64,000 bases of DNA from an uncultured Bacilli bacterium (GCA_949505625.1 CATBQD010000001.1:74770-138769), one strand, 5' to 3'. Counted from the first letter of the stretch, positions 27,439 to 36,749 are shown. The notes: generated by a model not told the origin, from the letters alone. Numbers and translations are program-made.

Positions 27439-27521
27439 TTTACAAGTTTTTTCTTTTTTCCTATTAATCTCTTGACCTACCAAACCTTAATTTGATAAAC
27501 TGAAAGTAGGAGGGATAACCT

Positions 27522-28067
27522 ATGACGAATCTTGAAAAAATAGACTTTGCTGTTTTAACTACATTAAACGCTCATCCTGATTACTCTGAAATTATGACGG
27601 AAATATTAACCAAAAAATTATTAGATAAAGACCCATTTGTAACTGCTAAATATTTTTCAAGAGCAAATGATGCAAGAGCCCATATGATGGAGGTTAGTGA
27701 TTTAGATTTACTTTCAGAAGTCCTAAAAAATGCGGTAAAAACTTCCTTTTTATTAGAACAAAAAGGAATTGCAACAATCGGAGATGCTACTTATTTAGAA
27801 GGAGAAAAGGATGAAGCACTTTTTGGTTCAACAGCTTGCAAATGGATAAGTACAGAGTTAGAAAAATATCCAAAAAAAAGTTTAGATGACATTTTGGAAA
27901 GGCATCCTGAAATTTTGCCAATTTTGGTATCTGTATTTGAAGAAACAAGATATGGTACAAGTTCTATTATAACGAAAGAAGAATTGGATAATCCTAGTTT
28001 GATTCATTCTCTTTTTTCGGTATTAGACAGAATTGAGAATGATATTCATTCCTATACAGAAGCATAA
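27522..28067 (+). CDS. hypothetical protein (occupies the ymcA slot between miaB and cotE)
   Basis: 181-aa ORF with a strong RBS (AGGAGGGA). I recall no similarity to RicA/YmcA. Confidence 0.5.
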   Translation: MTNLEKIDFAVLTTLNAHPDYSEIMTEILTKKLLDKDPFVTAKYFSRANDARAHMMEVSDLDLLSEVLKNAVKTSFLLEQKGIATIGDATYLEGEKDEALFGSTACKWISTELEKYPKKSLDDILERHPEILPILVSVFEETRYGTSSIITKEELDNPSLIHSLFSVLDRIENDIHSYTEA

Positions 28068-28149
28068 GAAGTAAGAAATTGTAATTTCTTATTTTTCTTT
28101 GGTCACTTTTTAAGGCATTTGCATACATTAAAGTGAGAGGTGATAAAAA

Positions 28150-28683
28150 GTGGCATATAAAGAAATTGTAACGAAAGCAGTTATAGGAAAAGGGAAAAAA
28201 TATTTTAAAAATAATTACAGTATTGAGTCCACTGATAACCCTACTACAGTATTAGGCTGCTGGGTAATTAATCATAAATTTAAAGGTTATAAATCAGGAG
28301 ATAAAATTGGAGTAGATGGTTCATTTGATGTAAATATTTGGTATTCTTATGAAAACGATTCTAAAACAACAGTTGTAAATAAGAAATTTGAGTACAATGA
28401 TTTATTGAATGTAAGAACAAGAAATGATGTGGATTTAACTGGTGACACTGATATTATTGTACGCTCTTTGAAACAACCAACTTGCTCTAAAGTAAATATT
28501 TTAGATGGTGGTGTAATCAACTTTGATATAGAAAAAGAATTAGGGGTAGAAATTGTAGGAGAAACCAAAATGAAAATAGCAATTGAAGAAGAAGAAGACC
28601 CATGGGATGAAATTGATGATGAAGTAACAGAAGAAGTAGAACAAGAAATTGAGAATAGTGTAACAGAAGACTACATAAAATAA
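28150..28683 (+). CDS. cotE: spore coat morphogenetic protein CotE
   Basis: YKEIVTKAVIGKGKK, VLGCWVINHKF, DVNIWYSY, IVGETK and a highly acidic C-terminus parallel B. subtilis CotE. The miaB-x-cotE synteny also matches. The GTG start follows GAGGTGA. Confidence 0.85.
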   Translation: MAYKEIVTKAVIGKGKKYFKNNYSIESTDNPTTVLGCWVINHKFKGYKSGDKIGVDGSFDVNIWYSYENDSKTTVVNKKFEYNDLLNVRTRNDVDLTGDTDIIVRSLKQPTCSKVNILDGGVINFDIEKELGVEIVGETKMKIAIEEEEDPWDEIDDEVTEEVEQEIENSVTEDYIK

Positions 28684-28718
28684 AGTGTCAACCAAAAAGT
28701 GTTGACACTTCTTTTTTT
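28683..28718 (+). terminator. intrinsic terminator after cotE
   Basis: AAGTGTCAAC-CAAAAAGT-GTTGACACTT followed by a T-run. Confidence 0.8.
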
Positions 28719-28730
28719 GTATGATATACT
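28702..28730 (+). promoter_or_regulatory. sigma-A type promoter of rpsP, -35 embedded in the cotE terminator
   Basis: TTGACA-N17-TATACT. Confidence 0.55.
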
Positions 28731-28756
28731 GTTTTACAGTGAAACGGAGGGATAAT

Positions 28757-29035
28757 ATGGCAGTTAAATTAAGACTAAAAAGAATGGGATCAAAAAAGAA
28801 ACCTTTTTATCGTATTGTAGCAGCTGATTCAAGAAGTCCAAGAGATGGAAGATTTATTGAAAATGTTGGAACTTATAATCCAATTACAGAACCAGCAGAA
28901 GTAAAAATTGATGAAGAAGTAGCTATGAAATGGTTAAAAAACGGAGCAATTCCTACTGATACAGTGAGAGATTTATTAAAAAGAGAAGGTATCTTAGAAA
29001 AATTCCACCAGATGAGAATGAGTAAGAAAGCATAA
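28757..29035 (+). CDS. rpsP: 30S ribosomal protein S16
   Basis: [35 protein letters not shown]. The start is trimmed to the ATG after GGAGGGA. Confidence 0.95.
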   Translation: MAVKLRLKRMGSKKKPFYRIVAADSRSPRDGRFIENVGTYNPITEPAEVKIDEEVAMKWLKNGAIPTDTVRDLLKREGILEKFHQMRMSKKA

Positions 29036-29037
29036 TT

Positions 29038-29283
29038 ATGGATTTAGTAGAATTAACTTCTTACTTAGTAAAGAACTTAGTAAGAGAACCAGAAATGGTA
29101 TCAGTAAAACAATTTGATGATGAAGAAGAAATCATTACAATACAAGTATTAGTGAGTAGTGATGATATGGGAGCTGTTATTGGAGCAGGCGGGAAAATAG
29201 CCAATTCTATTCGTACAGTTGTACAAGCTTCAGCTTCAATCCATTATCAGAAAAAAGTAAAAATTAATATTGATTCTTTTTAG
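29038..29283 (+). CDS. KH domain RNA-binding protein (YlqC-like)
   Basis: 81 aa with the GxxG motif in VIGAGGKIANSIR, in the conserved position after rpsP. Confidence 0.85.
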   Translation: MDLVELTSYLVKNLVREPEMVSVKQFDDEEEIITIQVLVSSDDMGAVIGAGGKIANSIRTVVQASASIHYQKKVKINIDSF

Positions 29284-29361
29284 AAGCGAGAAATTCGTTT
29301 CTTTTTTCTTGTATAAACTACTACTTTATACTATAATATTAAATAGATAGTGAGGTATTAT

Positions 29362-30096
29362 ATGGATTATAGTAAAATGAAAATACCGTATCACGTTGGT
29401 ATTATTGTAGATGGAAATGGTAGATGGGCAGAAGAACATGGTAAAAAAAGAAGCTATGGACATAAAATTGGTTCAGAAAACTTAGAGAAAATTAGTCGCT
29501 ATATATTAAAAAAGACTGGTATAAAAGTATTAAGTGTTTACGTTTTTTCTACTGAAAACTTTAAGCGTAGTAAAGAAGAAGTGGACTACTTAATGAGATT
29601 ATTTACTAAAAAATTTAAAAGCGATGCGAAAAAATACCAAAAAGAGAATATTAAAGTTGTATTTTCTGGACGAAGGGAACCATTGAGCGAAGCTGTATTA
29701 AAAACCATGGATGAAATAACAGAAATGACAAAAAATAATACTGGAGGTATATTAAACTTTTGTTTAAATTATGGTGGACATGCTGAAATAATAGATGCAT
29801 GTTTAAAAATTCATCATGAATTAGAAAATGGAAATATCAAGGAAGAAGACATTAGCGAAAATGTATTTCCACATTATTTATATCAAGATTTGCCACCAAT
29901 TGATTTTTTAATCAGAACAAGTGGTGAATATAGAACTAGTAACTTTATGTTATGGCAAGCATCATATGCAGAATTTTATTTTCCAAAAACTTATTTTCCA
30001 GATTTTAATGAAGAAGAATTTGATAAAGCAATTTTAGAATATACCAAAAGAGATAGAAGATTTGGAGGCATTGATTATGAAAAAAAGAATCCTTAG
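29362..30096 (+). CDS. uppS: isoprenyl transferase (undecaprenyl diphosphate synthase)
   Basis: HVGIIVDGNGRWA, FSTENFKRS and IRTSGEYRTSNFMLWQ. The start is at the ATG after GTGAGGT. Confidence 0.95.
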   Translation: MDYSKMKIPYHVGIIVDGNGRWAEEHGKKRSYGHKIGSENLEKISRYILKKTGIKVLSVYVFSTENFKRSKEEVDYLMRLFTKKFKSDAKKYQKENIKVVFSGRREPLSEAVLKTMDEITEMTKNNTGGILNFCLNYGGHAEIIDACLKIHHELENGNIKEEDISENVFPHYLYQDLPPIDFLIRTSGEYRTSNFMLWQASYAEFYFPKTYFPDFNEEEFDKAILEYTKRDRRFGGIDYEKKNP

Positions 30097-30889
30097 TTCC
30101 ATTATAATGGCCCTTATTTTAATTCCACTCTTTTTAAAAGGAGGAATTATATTTACGTTGGGTGTTTATTTTATATCTTTACTTGCTTTAAAAGAATTTT
30201 TAGATATAAAAAGTACTAAGAAAGAATTGCCAGAATTTATTAACTTTATTAGTTATATGATGATGACCCTTTTAATTTTCTTTAATGTAAGTGGTGAACA
30301 TTCTAAAGAAGTGCTTACTTTGACAATGGATTTTAGGGTTATTGCAGGTCTATTTTTAGCGCTCTTAATTCCAACTGTTCTATATCATGATAGAAAAAAA
30401 TATAGTATCAATGATGCATTTTATTTAATTGGAGGAATTTTCTTTTTAGGAACATCAGTATCTTTATTTATTTTATTTAGAGAAAAAGGAATTGTATTAT
30501 TGATTTATTTACTATTAATTACGATTATTACAGACACCTATGCTTTCTTAACGGGATTACTAATAGGAAAACATAAACTATTAGAAGAAATATCTCCTAA
30601 AAAAACCTGGGAAGGAACAATAGGAGGAACATTATTTGCTGTTTTTGTAGCAGTTAGCTTTTATCACACCGTAATTAATCCTGAAACCTCAATATGGAGT
30701 CTGGTTTTAGTTACAACATTTCTATCCTTTTTAGGACAATTAGGAGATTTATTTTTCTCAGCTATTAAGCGTTATTATGGCAAAAAGGATTTCTCTAATA
30801 TCATTCCAGGCCATGGTGGTATATTAGACCGATTAGACAGTATTATTTTTGTAGTGCTAGGTTATGTGTTTTTCATAAGCATTTTATAG
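30077..30889 (+). CDS. cdsA: phosphatidate cytidylyltransferase
   Basis: Polytopic membrane protein with the C-terminal CTP-transferase signature SAIKRYYGKKDFSNIIPGHGGILDRLDS. The start is after GGAGG and overlaps the uppS end. Confidence 0.9.
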   Translation: MKKRILSSIIMALILIPLFLKGGIIFTLGVYFISLLALKEFLDIKSTKKELPEFINFISYMMMTLLIFFNVSGEHSKEVLTLTMDFRVIAGLFLALLIPTVLYHDRKKYSINDAFYLIGGIFFLGTSVSLFILFREKGIVLLIYLLLITIITDTYAFLTGLLIGKHKLLEEISPKKTWEGTIGGTLFAVFVAVSFYHTVINPETSIWSLVLVTTFLSFLGQLGDLFFSAIKRYYGKKDFSNIIPGHGGILDRLDSIIFVVLGYVFFISIL

Positions 30890-30904
30890 AAAAGAGGAAT
30901 TTTA

Positions 30905-31951
30905 GTGACAATTATATACTTTATTTTAATATTGGGAATTATTGTTTGTATTCATGAATTTGGTCACTTTTTATTTGCTAAAAAAGCAGGAATTTATGTA
31001 TATGAATTTTCGATTGGAATGGGGCCGAGACTATTCAAGTGGAAAAGAGAAAATGATGAGACTGTATATTCTATAAGACTACTTCCAATAGGCGGATTTG
31101 TTCAAATGGCAGGGGAAGATTTAGAAGCAGATGAAAAATCTGAGATTCCAAAAGATAAGATGATGCAAAATAAAAAATGGTATCAAAGGTTCTTAACTAT
31201 TGTAGCGGGAGTTATGTTTAACTTCATCCTTGCAATCGTCCTTCTATTTGTAATTGCTCTTATTCATGGAGCTCCTTATTTAGGAACTAGAGTTGGCGAA
31301 GTAGGAGAGAATAGTCCTGCTATGATAGCTGGCCTAGAAACGGGCGATAAAATTATCAAGGTTGGAAATAGAAGCGTAAATAATTCTGATATGTTAATGT
31401 TGGAACTTCAAGTACGAAATGGAAAAGAAACAACTTTTGTTGTAGAAAAAAAAGATGGCAAGACAAAAGAAATTACTATTGCGCCAAAAAAAGTAACAGT
31501 TGATAAAAAGGAAGGTTACCAATTTGGATTTGCTTTAGAAACAAAAACAGAAAAAGGAATCTTGGGAGCAATTAAATATGCTTTTGGGAAGACAATTAGT
31601 TTAGTAGAACAAATGGTTTTTATCATTGGATATTTATTTACAGGAAAGCTTGCTTTAAGCAGTTTAGCTGGACCAGTAGGGATTTTCCAAGTCGTAGGAG
31701 AAACCGCAAAAACAGGAATTTTAAATATTATTTATCTAATTGCATTTATGAGTATTAATGTTGGATTTTTAAACTTACTTCCTATTCCAGCATTCGATGG
31801 AGGAAGATTACTATTTTTGATTATCGAAAAAATCAAACGAAGTCCAGTAAGTCCAAAAGTAGAAAATACAATCCATTCTATTGGATTTATCTTACTGATG
31901 ATTTTAATGGTAGTGATTACTTATAATGATATTATAAGATTATTTCAATAA
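30905..31951 (+). CDS. rseP: RIP metalloprotease RseP/RasP (site-2 protease)
   Basis: HEFGHF zinc motif in TM1, a central PDZ (GDKIIKVGN) and the C-terminal NLLPIPAFDGG motif. It has a GTG start. Confidence 0.9.
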   Translation: MTIIYFILILGIIVCIHEFGHFLFAKKAGIYVYEFSIGMGPRLFKWKRENDETVYSIRLLPIGGFVQMAGEDLEADEKSEIPKDKMMQNKKWYQRFLTIVAGVMFNFILAIVLLFVIALIHGAPYLGTRVGEVGENSPAMIAGLETGDKIIKVGNRSVNNSDMLMLELQVRNGKETTFVVEKKDGKTKEITIAPKKVTVDKKEGYQFGFALETKTEKGILGAIKYAFGKTISLVEQMVFIIGYLFTGKLALSSLAGPVGIFQVVGETAKTGILNIIYLIAFMSINVGFLNLLPIPAFDGGRLLFLIIEKIKRSPVSPKVENTIHSIGFILLMILMVVITYNDIIRLFQ

Positions 31952-32006
31952 ATGACTTGACCTTCTCCTTAGGGAAAGGTCTATATTTATATATAGAGAG
32001 GAGGAA

Positions 32007-32027
32007 ATGATATTTTTAATATCATGA
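32007..32027 (+). CDS. candidate 6-codon upstream mini-ORF (MIFLIS)
   Basis: The strongest RBS in this intergenic region (GAGAGGAGGAA) serves this ATG, not the ABC gene. The ORF is itself a palindrome (ATGATAT-TTTTA-ATATCAT), and its stop lies 6 nt before the ABC ATG. Confidence 0.3.
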   Translation: MIFLIS

Positions 32028-32033
32028 AGAATT

Positions 32034-32933
32034 ATGTTAAAAGTAGAAAATGTAACAAAATATTATGGAGATTTTTTAGCTGTAGATAATTTATCATTTA
32101 CAGTAAAACCAGGTGAAATATTTGGATTATTAGGAGTAAATGGAGCCGGAAAAACAACAACCTTTAGAATGATTATGGGATTACTTGACCCAACCAAAGG
32201 AAAAATTACATTGGATGGGAAAAAGATAGACTATGATATCACTGATAAGATTGGTTTTTTAACAGAAGAAAGAAGCTTACTTACAAAAATGACTGTAAAA
32301 GAACAATGTCTATTTTATGGAACTTTAAAAGGAATGAATAAAAAAGAAATCTTAAAACGACTAGATGAATTATTAGAACGCTTTGAAATACCAGAATATA
32401 AAGACAAAAAAATCAAAGAACTTTCAAAAGGAAATCAGCAAAAAGTGCAGTTTATTACAGCAATCTTAAATGACCCAAAATTGCTTATTTTAGATGAACC
32501 TTTTAGTGGGTTAGACCCTTTTAATATTGAATTATTTAAAAATGAAATAGTAGAAATGTCCAATCGTGGAAGTATGATTATATTTTCTTCCCATAGAATG
32601 GAACATGTAGAATTATTCTGTAAAAAGCTAGTAGTAATGTTAAAAGGAAAATCTGTTTTAGATGGTTATTTATCGGATATTAAAGAACAATATCGTAAAA
32701 AAAATATTCTCATTAAAGGAGATGTTAAGAAAAAAGAATTAGAACAGATAGATGGAGTTGTAGAAGTAATTGAAAAAGCAGATGAGTTTGAAGTAAAAAT
32801 TGAAGAACAAAAAGTTGCATCCAAAGTTTTTGAAGTTATTTCTAATCATAAAAAAATTACAAAATTCGTAGTTGAGGAACCATCTTTAAATGAAATCTTT
32901 GTAGCAAAAGTAGGTGAAAATTATGACAAGTAA
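32034..32933 (+). CDS. ABC transporter ATP-binding protein (ABC-2/NatA-YhaQ-like)
   Basis: Walker A GVNGAGKTT, signature LSKGNQQK, Walker B LLILDEP and a C-terminal accessory domain. Confidence 0.9.
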   Translation: MLKVENVTKYYGDFLAVDNLSFTVKPGEIFGLLGVNGAGKTTTFRMIMGLLDPTKGKITLDGKKIDYDITDKIGFLTEERSLLTKMTVKEQCLFYGTLKGMNKKEILKRLDELLERFEIPEYKDKKIKELSKGNQQKVQFITAILNDPKLLILDEPFSGLDPFNIELFKNEIVEMSNRGSMIIFSSHRMEHVELFCKKLVVMLKGKSVLDGYLSDIKEQYRKKNILIKGDVKKKELEQIDGVVEVIEKADEFEVKIEEQKVASKVFEVISNHKKITKFVVEEPSLNEIFVAKVGENYDK

Positions 32934-34248
32934 ATTAAATTATTTGATTGGTGTAAGTCTAAAAAGAAAAATTAAAACAAAATGGTTTGTGATTGCTAAT
33001 ATCATCTTAGGAATTATTATAGCTGGCATCATTAATATTGATAGTATCATTATGCTATTTGGAGGAGATTTTAATAATAAAGTTCCACTTTATGTGATTG
33101 ATGAAACAGGAGTCTCATATGAATTATTTGAATCACAAATAAAAGAGACTGATATTAATTTAGCTGGAAAAGAAGAAGGAAGTTATGAAATAAAAAAGTA
33201 TGATAAGAGTCTAGAGGAAGCTAAAAAGGAAATAGAAGAAGATAACAAAATAATTGTTATTTTATTACAAGAAGATAAACAGAATACATTAAAAGCAACA
33301 ATTCTATCAGATAGTTTCTTAGATACTTTGGATACTCAAGTATTAACAAGTGCCATTAATACAGTAAAAGTAGCGCTTGCGTTATCCAATTCTTCTATAT
33401 CAGCAGAAGAAATTGAATCGATATATCGTAACGCAACAATAGAACGTGTTTATTTAGATGAAACGAAAAAATCAGAAGATGAAAATATGGAAATTATTGT
33501 AACAACTGTATTTCCAATTGTTATTTTGCCATTTTTTATGCTTACAATATTTTTGGTTCAAATGATAGGTGCAGAAGTTAATGATGAAAAAACGACAAGA
33601 GGAATGGAAATTATCATTTCCAACGTAAGTCCAAAAACACACTTTTTTGCCAAAGTCATAGCTGGAAACCTATTTGTATTATTTCAAGGATTATTATTAG
33701 TTTTATTTGTTCTTTTAGGATTCTTTATTAGACAAATGATAGGTGGAAATTCTATTGTGAATGGGCTAGGAAGTGAAGTAAGTAAAATTATTGCTAATTT
33801 AGGAGAAACAGGAATCGCAAGTAAATTTATTTATATTATTCCTCTTTCTTTATTACTCATGATTTTAACTTTTGTTGCTTATTCTTTGTTAGCTGGAATA
33901 TTAGCATCTATGACAACAAATACAGAAGATTTTCAACAACTACAAACTCCAATTATTATTATCTCTTTGATTGGTTATTATTTGGCAATGATGGCTGGAG
34001 TATTTGAAGGAGCAACATTCATTAAAATTTTAGGTTTTGTTCCTCTCATATCCGCTATTTTGGCTCCTTCTTTACTTGTATTAGGTCAATTTGGTGTCAT
34101 TGAATTTATGATAGCTATTATGCTTGTTATAATAACAAATTGGTTATTGATAAAATATGGGCTACGTATTTATAAAGTTGGAATACTAAATTATTCTTCA
34201 AGTGGCCTATGGAAGAAAATGTTTAAAGCTTTAAAAACAAAAGAATAA
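32923..34248 (+). CDS. ABC-2 type transporter permease (NatB/YhaP-like)
   Basis: It has an N-terminal TM helix, a large extracytoplasmic loop and then five or more TM segments. The start is set at the ATG 5 nt after AGGTGA and overlaps the ATPase stop. Confidence 0.8.
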   Translation: MTSKLNYLIGVSLKRKIKTKWFVIANIILGIIIAGIINIDSIIMLFGGDFNNKVPLYVIDETGVSYELFESQIKETDINLAGKEEGSYEIKKYDKSLEEAKKEIEEDNKIIVILLQEDKQNTLKATILSDSFLDTLDTQVLTSAINTVKVALALSNSSISAEEIESIYRNATIERVYLDETKKSEDENMEIIVTTVFPIVILPFFMLTIFLVQMIGAEVNDEKTTRGMEIIISNVSPKTHFFAKVIAGNLFVLFQGLLLVLFVLLGFFIRQMIGGNSIVNGLGSEVSKIIANLGETGIASKFIYIIPLSLLLMILTFVAYSLLAGILASMTTNTEDFQQLQTPIIIISLIGYYLAMMAGVFEGATFIKILGFVPLISAILAPSLLVLGQFGVIEFMIAIMLVIITNWLLIKYGLRIYKVGILNYSSSGLWKKMFKALKTKE

Positions 34249-34260
34249 TGACTATAAGAA

Positions 34261-34291
34261 AACAAATACAAAATGATGTGTTTGTTTTTTT
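34261..34291 (+). terminator. intrinsic terminator after the ABC operon
   Basis: AACAAATACA-AAATGA-TGTGTTTGTT followed by TTTTT. Confidence 0.7.
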
Positions 34292-34444
34292 ATATCAAGA
34301 ATTTGTAATAGATGTATCGTATGATATTGGTATGAAGATAAAATTAAAAAATGATATTGAGATAAAAATGGTTTCTGCTAATAATTTAGTGAAAGAACAA
34401 AATTATTTTGAAAAACAATGATGACATAATTGTATTTTTAATAC

Positions 34445-34496
34445 AAAAAAGAGATTAACTACCAGTCCAAAAACATGGACCAAGACTAATCTCATT
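34445..34496 (-). ncRNA. candidate ~50-nt small RNA (promoter + long hairpin + U-run), minus strand
   Basis: The minus strand carries the hairpin GAGAUUA..GGUCC-loop-GGAC..UAAUCUC followed by UUUUUU. It begins about 7 nt downstream of a consensus-like promoter. No minus-strand gene is nearby that could otherwise use this terminator. Confidence 0.3.
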
Positions 34497-34502
34497 AGAT
34501 AG

Positions 34503-34531
34503 ATTATACAATATCATAAAAATTATATCAA
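34503..34531 (-). promoter_or_regulatory. sigma-A type promoter (minus strand) driving the candidate sRNA
   Basis: The minus strand reads TTGATA-N17-TATAAT. Confidence 0.4.
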
Positions 34532-34614
34532 ACATTTTTTCTCTCTAATTCATTATATGACAAAATAATTCTTTTTCATTTGTTATGATGGTAATAATAA
34601 AGGGGTGAGACAAA

Positions 34615-35601
34615 ATGGCAAGAAGGTTTAAAGCAAAAAAGCGAAGAACACTAAAAACAAAGTTACTATGGTTTTTATTTATTTGTTTGATGTTATTTGT
34701 TATATTAGCAGCCGTTTTTAAAAATTTCAAATTAGCAACGACCAATGAAGAATTTATCAAAAATCTATTAGAAGATTCTAATTATCACTTGAAATATAAC
34801 AAAACTGCCTCTAGATTTATAACAAATATTAGTAATTTTTTATCTTCCTTTAAAATAAATGAACCAATTACGATTTTAGAAGAATCATTAGGTTATACTT
34901 TTACAAGTTCTAATAAACCTGTGGAAAATAAAAATGAAATTAAAATGGTTTTCCACAAAAATGATGTAGATGATTTAATCTTGCCAAAAGCATCTAGAGT
35001 TTATATTTATAGTACACATTATAAAGAAGGATATTCCGCAAATAATCTAGAAGACTATAATATTACACCAAATGTAAAAATGGCATCTATGCTCTTAAAA
35101 GAAAAATTAAATAAATTAGGAATTTCAACTATTGTAGAAGAAGCAGATTTAGAAGATTTCATGGCAGTTAATAATTGGAATCATTCACATAGTTATGAAG
35201 CTAGTAGGTACTTTGTAAAAGATGCATTAACCAAAAATCCTAATTTGGAACTTATTATAGATTTACACAGGGATGCTGTTTCTAAAAAAAGTTCAACTGT
35301 GGAAATTGATGGAACAAGTTATGCGAAAATACTATTTGTATGTGGAAAAGAAAATCCAAATTATGAAAAGAATTTAGAATTAATGAACAAACTAAATAAT
35401 AAGATTAAAGAAAAATATCCTAGTTTAACAAGAGGCGTTATGACACATGAAGGAAAAGGATATAACGGGGTTTATAATCAAGACTTGAGTCCAAATGTTA
35501 TATTGCTGGAATGTGGTGGAAATGAAAATAATATAGGAGAAGTGACGAATACATTAACTTTAATAGCACCTATTATAGCGGAGATGTTAAATGAAAGCTG
35601 A
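34615..35601 (+). CDS. spoIIP: stage II sporulation protein P
   Basis: N-terminal TM anchor, then SpoIIP-family motifs (VYIYSTHYKEGY, IIDLHRDAV, ILFVCG, NQDL, ILLECGGNEN). Confidence 0.85.
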   Translation: MARRFKAKKRRTLKTKLLWFLFICLMLFVILAAVFKNFKLATTNEEFIKNLLEDSNYHLKYNKTASRFITNISNFLSSFKINEPITILEESLGYTFTSSNKPVENKNEIKMVFHKNDVDDLILPKASRVYIYSTHYKEGYSANNLEDYNITPNVKMASMLLKEKLNKLGISTIVEEADLEDFMAVNNWNHSHSYEASRYFVKDALTKNPNLELIIDLHRDAVSKKSSTVEIDGTSYAKILFVCGKENPNYEKNLELMNKLNNKIKEKYPSLTRGVMTHEGKGYNGVYNQDLSPNVILLECGGNENNIGEVTNTLTLIAPIIAEMLNES

Positions 35602-35935
35602 AGATAGAGTTAAAATTTATAATAGAATATTTAAGTATATTTTTTGGCTTCTCTTATTAACTTTTTTAACACTATACTTTTCCCAGAGTACAGGATATTA
35701 TGAATTTAAACAACAAAAAAAAGTAATTTATACAGCAGAGCAGATTAAAAAATTTGAAGCAGATGTTGCTTCTGGAAAAGATGTTCATATAGAAGATTAT
35801 ATGGAAACTACAAACAAAGATTATAGTAATAAAGCTTCTGATATTGGACTTTCTTTTTCAGAAACATTGGGAAATATTGTAAAGTCAGGAATAGAAGGTT
35901 TCTTTGATTCTATTAATAAAATGGTAGAAGAATAA
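35591..35935 (+). CDS. small membrane protein, YqxA-like (position-based)
   Basis: 114 aa with one TM helix. It overlaps the spoIIP end and sits in the yqxA slot downstream of spoIIP. Confidence 0.4.
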   Translation: MKAEDRVKIYNRIFKYIFWLLLLTFLTLYFSQSTGYYEFKQQKKVIYTAEQIKKFEADVASGKDVHIEDYMETTNKDYSNKASDIGLSFSETLGNIVKSGIEGFFDSINKMVEE

Positions 35936-35966
35936 TTTCTATGGTATACTGGTATTAGGTGATTGT

Positions 35967-36533
35967 ATGAAAACAATAATGGTAGATATGGATGAAGTTT
36001 TATGTATTGGAGGGCATTTAGGAATAGTCAATAAATTTTTAAATACGAACTATAAAATAGATGATCTTCCTGGATATTACACAGAAGACTTAATTCCAAA
36101 AGAGCACTTACAAGAATATTATCATTTTTTTGAAACGCAAAACGTATATGATTATGTGAGTATTATACCAGATGCAATAGAAGTATTAAAAAAATTATCT
36201 AAAAAATATCAGATTTTTATTTGTACTGCTTACTATAGTGATATGTATGAAATGGATCAAAGCCGTTGTTTAGTTGATAAATATAAGTGGCTACAGAAAA
36301 ACTTTCCTTTTATAAATCCATATCAATATGTATTTATTAATGATAAAAGCTTATTAAATTGTGATATAAAAATAGATGATCGGTTATCTAATTTAAAGGG
36401 GTATGGAGAACAGAAATATTTATTTGATTCTTATCATAATCAACAGATTAGCAATGAAGAATTGAAACAAGAAGGGGCCATTCGAGTATCTGGTTGGAAA
36501 GAACTAGAAACAATATTACTAAAGGAAGAATAA
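35967..36533 (+). CDS. 5'(3')-deoxyribonucleotidase-like HAD phosphatase (NT5C family)
   Basis: The N-terminal DMDEVL (DxDxV) nucleophile motif and the 188-aa size are typical of NT5C/YorS-like enzymes. Confidence 0.65.
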   Translation: MKTIMVDMDEVLCIGGHLGIVNKFLNTNYKIDDLPGYYTEDLIPKEHLQEYYHFFETQNVYDYVSIIPDAIEVLKKLSKKYQIFICTAYYSDMYEMDQSRCLVDKYKWLQKNFPFINPYQYVFINDKSLLNCDIKIDDRLSNLKGYGEQKYLFDSYHNQQISNEELKQEGAIRVSGWKELETILLKEE

Positions 36534-36605
36534 TATTCTTTTTCTGTTAAAAATTTACTATTTTATTCTACATGATATTAATTAAGTAGAATGATAAATA
36601 TAGTC

Positions 36606-36634
36606 TTGAAAAAAAATATTAATTATAGTATTAT
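36606..36634 (+). promoter_or_regulatory. sigma-A type promoter of the pyrP-upp leader
   Basis: TTGAAA-N17-TATTAT. Confidence 0.55.
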
Positions 36635-36652
36635 TAATAATAGGGTGATAGA

Positions 36653-36745
36653 ATGAAAGCAATAGAAAGAAAAACAAATGATTTTAAAAAAGTAGGCCTA
36701 CTTGTTTTTCCATTCTCTATTGCTTTCATTACTATAATTATCTAA
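36653..36745 (+). CDS. candidate 30-codon leader sORF (MKAIERKTNDFKKVGLLVFPFSIAFITIII)
   Basis: The ATG lies 5 nt after GGGTGA. The ORF has a charged N-half and a hydrophobic C-half, and it coincides with a ~90-nt imperfect inverted repeat. Confidence 0.3.
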   Translation: MKAIERKTNDFKKVGLLVFPFSIAFITIII

Positions 36746-36749
36746 AAAT

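Noticed and set aside
34321-34370. Direct repeats ATGATATTG...GATAAAA x2 (30-nt period) and a 29-codon ORF (ATG 34332) in the spoIIP upstream gap.
   Set aside because: The ORF has no SD, and the repeats are short and AT-rich. There is not enough evidence to call a binding site.
34581-34596. The identical 16-mer TGTTATGATGGTAATA lies just upstream of the RBS of spoIIP (34581-34596) and of the MBOAT gene (56863-56878). I considered it as a shared operator or a sigma F-type -10 (GGTAATAAT).
   Set aside because: TGTTATGAT is simply an extended -10, and it is also present before miaB at 25976-25984. At 56843 it pairs with a proper TTGACC -35 at 17 nt. There is no matching sigma F/G -35 (GYATA) at the right spacing. 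Coincident 16-mers are not improbable in 64 kb of ~30% GC DNA.
34545-34760. 71-aa minus-strand ORF overlapping the spoIIP start, which could in principle use the minus-strand terminator at 34445-34493.
   Set aside because: It is antisense to the spoIIP TM region and has no SD. The good minus-strand promoter lies downstream of its stop, so the promoter-hairpin unit is better explained as a stand-alone element.
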